From the NCBI GenBank assembly GCA_035494855.1, contig DATJGR010000105.1, forward strand, positions 445 to 64,444: a stretch of DNA of 64,000 nt. The letters run 5' to 3'. Shown here piece after piece: positions 58,675 through 64,000 of the stretch (its first letter is position 1; every line of letters starts with the position of its first letter). The DNA comes from Pseudomonadales bacterium (GTDB taxonomy: Bacteria > Pseudomonadota > Gammaproteobacteria > Pseudomonadales > Azotimanducaceae). The translations under genes and the position numbers were made by a program. The notes below the pieces were generated by a model that saw only the letters and a program-made list of their open reading frames with translations, had not been told where the DNA came from and did no database searches.

Positions 58675-60504
58675 ATGCGCGACCCGGGAGCTCCGTTCGA
58701 AGCCGAACCCTTTCTGAAACGTCTGCCACAGAAGCCGGGCGTTTATCAGATGCTGGATGTCACCGGCGCGGTGCTCTACGTCGGCAAAGCCCGCAACCTG
58801 AAGAGCCGGGTCACAAGTTATTTTCGCGCGTCGGGCCTCAGCACCAAGACGATGGCCCTGGTTGCGCGCATTCACGACATCGACATTACGCTGACGGCGA
58901 GCGAGACCGAGGCGCTGCTCCTCGAGCAGAGCCTGATCAAGAAGCTGCGCCCGCCGTACAACATCGTCCTACGCGACGACAAGTCTTACCCGTACATCTA
59001 TCTGACCGATCACGTCTATCCGCGTCTCGCGTTTCATCGCGGCGCAAAGCGCAAGACCGGGCGCTACTTCGGACCTTTTCCCAGCGCAAGCGCCGTGCGC
59101 GAAAGCATCAACATCCTGCAGCGTCTGTTCCAGCTGCGGCAATGTGAAGACAGCTACTTCAAGAACCGTTCGCGACCGTGTCTTCAACATCAGATCGGTC
59201 GCTGCAGCGCGCCGTGTGTGCAACTCGTCCCGCCGGAGAGCTATGCCGAGGACGTTCGCCATGCCGTGATGTTTCTGGACGGCCGCAACGACGCGATTCT
59301 GGAGGAGTTCAAAAGCGCCATGGAGATGGCGGCCGAAAAGCTCGAGTTCGAACGCGCCGCGAAATTCAGAGATCAGATCATGCAGCTGCGGAAGATCCAG
59401 GAGCAGCAGTACGTGCACGCGGCCAGCGGCGACGTCGATGTGTTTGCCGTGGCGCTTGCGTCAGGCGCTGCGTGCGTGCAGGGCATGTTCATTCGCGGTG
59501 GCCGATTGCTCGGTCATCGCACGTGGTTCCCGCGCAACGAACTGGCGGTCGAAGGCGCCGAGATGCTGGATGCATTCCTCGCGCAGTACTACTTCGGCGG
59601 CGGCGAGCGTGAGATTCCGAAGGCTATTGTACTGAGTCATCCGATCGACGATGCGGAGTTGCTCGAAGAAGCTCTGCGCGAACAGGCCGGCCACCGGGTC
59701 GAGATCACGTCGGGCGTACGGAGCCAGCGGGCGCGATGGCTCGACATGGCGCAACAGAACGCACAGCTGTCGCTCGATTCGTATCTCGCTGACAAGCAGA
59801 ACGTGCTCGCGCGATTCGTCGATCTACAGGAAGCGTTGGGGCTCGAAGATCTGCCCGAACGACTCGAGTGTTTCGACATCAGCCACTCGAGTGGCGAGGC
59901 TACGGTGGCATCGTGCGTCGTCTTCGATAGCAACGGCCCACTGAAGTCGGATTACCGTCGCTTCAACATCGACGGCGTCGCGGCCGGTGACGATTACGGC
60001 GCGATGAATCAAGCGCTACGGCGCCGCTACGAGCGGTTGAAGTCCGGCGATGGCGTGCTGCCGGATCTGCTCGTCATCGACGGCGGCCCCGGCCAACTGA
60101 ATCAGGCGCGCGCCGTGCTAGCCGACCTCCAGGTGGAGGGCGTGCAAATACTTGGCATCGCAAAAGGCACTACTCGCAAGCCAGGACTCGAGACGATCTA
60201 TCTCGCCGATCACGGTGAGGTACCGATTCCACCGTCCAGCGGCGCGATGCATCTACTGCAGCACATCCGCGATGAGGCGCATCGGTTCGCGATCACGGGT
60301 CATCGCACGCGGCGCGGTAAAGCGCGCAGACAGTCCGAACTCGACGGCATTGCGGGCGTGGGTCCAAAGCGTCGCCGCGAACTGCTGCGGCATTTCGGAA
60401 GCGTTGCGGCGCTTCGCGGCGCCAGCCGCGAAGAGATCGCCAAGGTGCCGGGCGTCAGCCGCCGGCTGGCGGAAGAGATCTACGCGACGTTGCACGTCGA
60501 ATGA
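58675..60504 (+). CDS. uvrC: Excinuclease ABC subunit C
   Basis: The GIY-YIG N-terminus is GVYQMLDVTGAVLYVGKARNLKSRV. Also present are a UVR domain, an endonuclease V-like domain and a C-terminal (HhH)2 (GIAGVGPKRRRELLRHFGS). Confidence 0.96.
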   Translation: MRDPGAPFEAEPFLKRLPQKPGVYQMLDVTGAVLYVGKARNLKSRVTSYFRASGLSTKTMALVARIHDIDITLTASETEALLLEQSLIKKLRPPYNIVLRDDKSYPYIYLTDHVYPRLAFHRGAKRKTGRYFGPFPSASAVRESINILQRLFQLRQCEDSYFKNRSRPCLQHQIGRCSAPCVQLVPPESYAEDVRHAVMFLDGRNDAILEEFKSAMEMAAEKLEFERAAKFRDQIMQLRKIQEQQYVHAASGDVDVFAVALASGAACVQGMFIRGGRLLGHRTWFPRNELAVEGAEMLDAFLAQYYFGGGEREIPKAIVLSHPIDDAELLEEALREQAGHRVEITSGVRSQRARWLDMAQQNAQLSLDSYLADKQNVLARFVDLQEALGLEDLPERLECFDISHSSGEATVASCVVFDSNGPLKSDYRRFNIDGVAAGDDYGAMNQALRRRYERLKSGDGVLPDLLVIDGGPGQLNQARAVLADLQVEGVQILGIAKGTTRKPGLETIYLADHGEVPIPPSSGAMHLLQHIRDEAHRFAITGHRTRRGKARRQSELDGIAGVGPKRRRELLRHFGSVAALRGASREEIAKVPGVSRRLAEEIYATLHVE

Positions 60505-60548
60505 TGCAAGCCAGTTAGAATGGCCATCCGTTCTCCGTCCGCCTGCGC

Positions 60549-61112
60549 ATGAATACGCCGATACTGATCACCATCTTGCGCATGGCGCTCATTCCCGTGT
60601 TCGTGATGGTGTACGTGTGGCATGGCGCGTGGACGGATCTCGCCGCTGCCGCGGTATTCGGTCTGGCGGCGCTCACCGACTGGCTCGATGGCTACCTTGC
60701 GCGGCGCCTGAAGCAGACCACCCGCTTCGGCGCCTTTCTAGACCCGGTGGCCGACAAACTCGTCGTGGTGAGCGCCATCGTAATGATGGTGGGCGACCGC
60801 GCGAGTCTGTGGTTGACGCTCCCGGGGCTCGTGATCGTCGGCCGCGAGATCGTGGTGTCTGCATTGCGCGAATGGATGGCTGAAATGAATCGCCGCGGCA
60901 TCGTTGCCGTGAGCGCTCTCGGCAAACTCAAGACCGGCGTTCAGATCGCGGCCATCCTCACGCTGCTCGCGTTCCCTCCGGGTTCGGATCAACGTCTGGT
61001 GATCCTCGGCTATGCCCTGATCTACCTCGCTGCGTTCATGACGTTGGTTTCGATGGTGATGTACCTGCGCGCGGCGTGGCCAACGCTTCGCGCAGGTCTC
61101 GATGGCGACTGA
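60549..61112 (+). CDS. pgsA: CDP-diacylglycerol--glycerol-3-phosphate 3-phosphatidyltransferase
   Basis: The CDP-alcohol phosphotransferase motif DWLDGYLARRLKQTTRFGAFLDPVADK is present. Confidence 0.93.
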   Translation: MNTPILITILRMALIPVFVMVYVWHGAWTDLAAAAVFGLAALTDWLDGYLARRLKQTTRFGAFLDPVADKLVVVSAIVMMVGDRASLWLTLPGLVIVGREIVVSALREWMAEMNRRGIVAVSALGKLKTGVQIAAILTLLAFPPGSDQRLVILGYALIYLAAFMTLVSMVMYLRAAWPTLRAGLDGD

Positions 61113-61164
61113 TCCCGCGGTTCCGGCCACGCATTCGATCGAGTAGAATCCGCCGCTCTTTCAA

Positions 61165-61238
61165 GGCTGGGTGGCAGAGTGGTCATGCCCGCGACTGCAA
61201 CTCGCGTTACATCGGTTCGATTCCGTTCCCAGCCTCCA
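61165..61238 (+). tRNA. tRNA-Cys (GCA)
   Basis: I folded this by hand. The acceptor is GGCTGGG/CCCAGCC. The anticodon arm is CGCGA-CTGCAAC-TCGCG. The T-loop is TTCGATT, the discriminator is U and the 3' end is CCA. The T stem has one U-U mismatch. Confidence 0.85.
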
Positions 61239-61249
61239 CTCTCTGCCGC

Positions 61250-61336
61250 GCCCGGGTGGCGAAACAGGTAGACGCAAGGGACTTAAAATCCCTTAGCCCA
61301 ACGGCTGTGTGGGTTCGATTCCCACCCCGGGCACCA
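61250..61336 (+). tRNA. tRNA-Leu (TAA)
   Basis: The acceptor is GCCCGGG/CCCGGGC. The anticodon arm is AGGGA-CTTAAAA-TCCCT. A long variable arm, the T-arm TGGGTTCGATTCCCA and a terminal ACCA are present. Confidence 0.9.
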
Positions 61337-61919
61337 ATTAAAAGAACTTAGTCAATCATCACTTCTCACGTTAGATCTCATCGAAACCCAGACTTGGCGC
61401 AACCCTGTCACAGCGTGGCACTCTTTTTGTGGACTTTTGGCAGATGCGAGGCTCAACGGTCTCGGCGAGTTCGCTCGCGACGCGCCCGCTCGATGTCGTT
61501 GGCACCGCCCTAGCGAACAGACCGTGTCATCGAGTGCGCGCACCGTAGCGGAAACCACAACGGATAGCCGCAATGGGCCAAACCACAGTGTTTCCAGAGG
61601 AACCGCAGGGGGCTCGCAATGACGACGCGTACGTCGCGGGCAGCGTGGCCGCAGCGCTGAGTCAAGGGCGCGCGTTCGGAGAGTTGGATTTACTGTTGCG
61701 CTCAAGTGGACAAAATGTATGGCGCAAAGGAGTTCCAGCGAAAGGCAATTGCGGGATTTGACAAGCGATGAGCTCGGTACACGGTGCTCCTCTCCTATGC
61801 CAGAGTCATCGCCCCCCAACCTGAGACGAGATGACTCGAGCAATTCAAGCGTCCCCTCAGCGACGATGAGCGTCGCGCACTGCGATTGTCGACACTGAAC
61901 CGTAGCCCTTTGCCGGTTC

Positions 61920-62486
61920 TCATTTCGGCTCCTCATAACGATGGGTTTCGCCCTTGAGCGTGCGCGCCATATGACGCAATACGCTTTGTTCATTCGCCGG
62001 CGACTCCGCGGCCACACAATTGCTGGGAATCCATACTTTGAATTTGCGAACGTGAGCGTCCTGGGCGGTCGCGAAGACGCAGTTGTCTGCTGCGATGCCG
62101 GCGATGACGAGGCGGGTGACCTCGAGCTCATCGAGCAGAAATTCTAGGGGCGTTCCGTAGAACGCGGAATGGCGCGGCTTCAGAATCGAAATGTCGGCGG
62201 CCGTGGGTTCGAGAAGATGCGCAATGGTTTCCGACGCGCCGCCGCGGCCGATGCAGGTCTGCACCAACTGCTCGAACGAGCGGGTCCATGCGCCGAAGTT
62301 GTCGTTGACGAAGATGCATGGCACCTCACGCTGGTTCGCGCGCGCTTTGAGCGATGCGGTGGCGCGCGCAGCGCGAATGGCGCGCGGCGCCAGCGCGCGT
62401 GCACCTTTGAAATCGAACAGATTCATGAAGTCGATGAGCAGCAGCGCGTCCGCCGCGTGCTTGGTCGTTCGATTGAGGGTAGGCAA
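61920..62486 (-). CDS. Isochorismatase-family cysteine hydrolase
   Basis: ALLLIDFMN (Asp), ILKPRHSAFYGT (Lys) and VIAGIAADNCVFATA (Cys) are present, so the catalytic triad context is intact. Confidence 0.85.
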   Translation of the reverse strand: MPTLNRTTKHAADALLLIDFMNLFDFKGARALAPRAIRAARATASLKARANQREVPCIFVNDNFGAWTRSFEQLVQTCIGRGGASETIAHLLEPTAADISILKPRHSAFYGTPLEFLLDELEVTRLVIAGIAADNCVFATAQDAHVRKFKVWIPSNCVAAESPANEQSVLRHMARTLKGETHRYEEPK

Positions 62487-62549
62487 GATGCGTCCGATCC
62501 GCTGAGTCTGCGACGGAACTACGTTCCGTCTCCGTCATGGCCGTTCTGT

Positions 62550-62831
62550 TCAAGTCTTCGCGCGCGGGCTCGCGAGGTTCTGATACTTCTCTCTGAATTC
62601 GTCGAGCTTCTCGTCTTCGAGCTCCTCCACGTCCAATAACGCATTGTGCGCCTCGCTCGTTGCGCGGGTCAGTTCGTCGAGCTTCAAGTGGATGGCCGCG
62701 GTATCCCGGTCCTGCGTGTTCTGAACAAGATGTGGGTCCGCGAACTTTCCACCGCTCACCATATGGCGCGTGGCGTCAGTCTCGAATGTTGGGTCGACGG
62801 AAGTGCAACGGATACTCTCACGGGTACACAC
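62550..62831 (-). pseudogene. C-terminal remnant of a low-affinity iron permease-family (PF04120-like) gene
   Basis: LVQNTQDRDTAAIHLKLDELTRATSEAHNALLDVEELEDEKLDEF matches the conserved cytoplasmic tail of that family as I recall it. The region where the two TM helices should be is polar (TFETDATRHMVSGGKFADPH). Confidence 0.5.
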
Positions 62832-63123
62832 ATAGGGTAAGGAGTGTCTTACGCTGCTACTTCGACTTTGTTCGGGTCTTCTGCGCTTTCTTCCGTCGGC
62901 TTCCGATAGCGCGATTGCAATCGCTTGCTTACGACTCTGACCTTTTGCCCCTTGCCGCGCTTCTTCTCGTACATCCTAACGCCCGTACGATGTCGCACAG
63001 AACGCCCGTCACCGACATCAGGTGCGGTGCTGTGAGTTCAAAGGTATAGATCACCTCTCTGTCAGTTAGCTGAGTACCGCGAGCGCTGCCTAGGAAACAA
63101 CCGACCAACTCCTAGCAGGCGGC

Positions 63124-63138
63124 GAATGTAGTACATTA
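63124..63138. promoter_or_regulatory. 7-1-7 AT-rich inverted repeat (Fur-family-operator-like) upstream of the ABC exporter
   Basis: GAATGTA-G-TACATTA (6 of 7 positions symmetric) lies about 30 nt upstream of ATG 63169. Confidence 0.3.
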
Positions 63139-63168
63139 CCAGCGTCCACTTCGAGCTTGACCATTCGG

Positions 63169-64000
63169 ATGAAGCGCGTGCGTTTGTTTCAGGAACGCGA
63201 TCTGCGTGCGCTCGGCGTGATCTTGCCGTTCCTGACTCGCTACCGGTGGCAGGTCGCCGCTGCGTTCTTGTGCCTGCTCGGGATCACCGCCACGACACTG
63301 ATCGTTCCGATCTTGATGAAGTGGATCGTCGATTCACTGTCGGCGCCGGATGCAAGCAAAGGCGCACACGTGCTGGCCGTGCCGATGGGATTGCTGCTCG
63401 GCTACGGGCTCGTCCGCTTCGCGAGCGTCGCATTCCGGGAGTTGCGTGCGACCGTGTTTGGTCGTGTATCGGTGCGCGCGATGCGGCGTCTGTCGCTCCG
63501 GTTGCTCACGCACTTGCATTCGCTTGATCTCGAATATCACCTCGGCCGCCGCACCGGCGCGATCGCACGGGATCTCGACCGCGGCGTAGACGGCATCGAA
63601 TCCCTACTTCGGCTCGTCGTGTTCTCGATATTGCCCGATCTATTGCAGGTGATAGGCGTGACTGCTGTGCTGCTGTACGCCTACGACGTGTACCTCGCCG
63701 CGATCACATTTGCGTCGGTGTCGATGTACACGGTCTATACGGTGTACGTCACGGAATGGCGCACGCCGATCATCCGTGCGTCGAACGAAGCGAACTCGCG
63801 CGCGAATAACCGGGCCGTAGACAGCCTGATCAACTACGAAACGGTCAAACATTTCAACAACGAACGGCTCGAAGCCCAGCTCTACGACACGGATCTGAAG
63901 GAATGGGAGCTGTGGCGCCGCCGCAACCGCTATTCGCTTGCCGCGCTCAACACCGGGCAGTCGTTCTTCACGACGTTCGGAATCACCGCGATGATGGTGC
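63169..64000 (+). CDS. ATM1/HMT1-type ABC transporter (fused permease/ATPase), 5' part only
   Basis: This ORF is absent from the track because it runs off the window. MKRVRLFQERDLRALGVILPFLTRYRWQVAAAFLCLL... RTGAIARDLDRGVDGIESLLR ... RASNEANSRANNRAVDSLINYETVKHFNNERLE is characteristic of the ATM1/ABCB7-like subfamily. Confidence 0.85.
   Translation, partial: MKRVRLFQERDLRALGVILPFLTRYRWQVAAAFLCLLGITATTLIVPILMKWIVDSLSAPDASKGAHVLAVPMGLLLGYGLVRFASVAFRELRATVFGRVSVRAMRRLSLRLLTHLHSLDLEYHLGRRTGAIARDLDRGVDGIESLLRLVVFSILPDLLQVIGVTAVLLYAYDVYLAAITFASVSMYTVYTVYVTEWRTPIIRASNEANSRANNRAVDSLINYETVKHFNNERLEAQLYDTDLKEWELWRRRNRYSLAALNTGQSFFTTFGITAMMV

Noticed and set aside
61112-61165. The expected tRNA-Gly between pgsA and tRNA-Cys.
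   Set aside because: Only 52 nt are available and they do not fold into a cloverleaf, so no tRNA-Gly is present here.
61416-61430. A sigma-54-like element, TGGCAC-N5-TTGT, just downstream of tRNA-Leu.
   Set aside because: The -12 element is GT rather than the near-invariant GC. There is also no credible downstream gene on that strand.
61352-62131. A 259-aa minus-strand ORF spanning the non-coding part of the islet and overlapping the isochorismatase gene.
   Set aside because: It overlaps a well-supported gene in another frame. The sequence is Ser/Arg-rich with no motifs. I looked for integrase-like blocks (HxxR, Y catalytic region) in all frames of 61337-61919 and saw none.
62849-62974. A 41-codon ATG ORF (MYEKKRGKGQKVRVVSKRLQSRYRKPTEESAEDPNKVEVAA) as a real small gene.
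   Set aside because: There is no convincing Shine-Dalgarno. The recognisable KQAIAIALSEA motif lies in a different frame over the same DNA, which suggests the region is a decayed remnant. It is kept only as part of the chimeric-frame finding.
61337-63168. Calling the tRNA-Leu-adjacent region a mobile element or genomic island feature.
   Set aside because: I saw no integrase, transposase, direct repeat of the tRNA 3' end or inverted terminal repeats. It is reported as a probable decayed islet in findings and is not annotated as a mobile_element.

Overview
This is a high-GC gammaproteobacterial chromosomal window that is almost entirely core or housekeeping. From memory, the gene order matches the Pseudomonas/Xanthomonas layout and partly the E. 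coli layout. The order is: DUF2062-comEC; clpB; galU; exbB-exbD-msbA/lpxK-kdsB-(alkB)-murB; rne and divergent rluC; yceD-rpmF-fabD-fabG-acpP-fabF-mltG-tmk-holB-pilZ-tatD; a GNAT/DPP-IV/PepQ peptidase block; a molybdo-hydroxylase (FAD, 2Fe-2S and Mo subunits) followed co-directionally by a MoaD-like gene, a GH4 glycosidase, a PfkB kinase and galK-galT; an LLM/hydrolase/SDR/HAD cluster; phoB-phoR-phoU; dienelactone hydrolase and riboflavin synthase; PilZ and DUF1631; pyrF; an orphan HDOD-like/GAF histidine kinase; two acyl-CoA dehydrogenases; gacA(uvrY)-uvrC-pgsA-tRNA-Cys-tRNA-Leu; a short, visibly lower-GC decayed islet; and the 5' part of an ATM1-type ABC exporter. I found no CRISPR array, transposase, integrase, prophage or recognisable defence system. 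Many long ORFs in the track are antisense shadows of real genes, as expected at this GC content. The observations most worth a second look are: (1) murB carries an in-frame TGA, and the 37 codons after it still read as MurB C-terminus; (2) MsbA and LpxK are encoded as one continuous 964-codon frame; (3) there are two uncharacterised c-di-GMP-type modules, a PilZ/degenerate-Nudix fusion coupled to DUF2244 and a PilZ gene upstream of a 788-aa DUF1631 protein; (4) an SOS-box-like AT-rich palindrome cluster precedes an 84-codon orphan ORF; (5) the gacA leader has nested inverted repeats covering its Shine-Dalgarno; (6) a MoaD/ThiS-like GG protein is wedged between a Mo-hydroxylase and a galactoside/Leloir gene set. 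Novelty cannot be established without database searches. All product calls come from motif recognition by eye.
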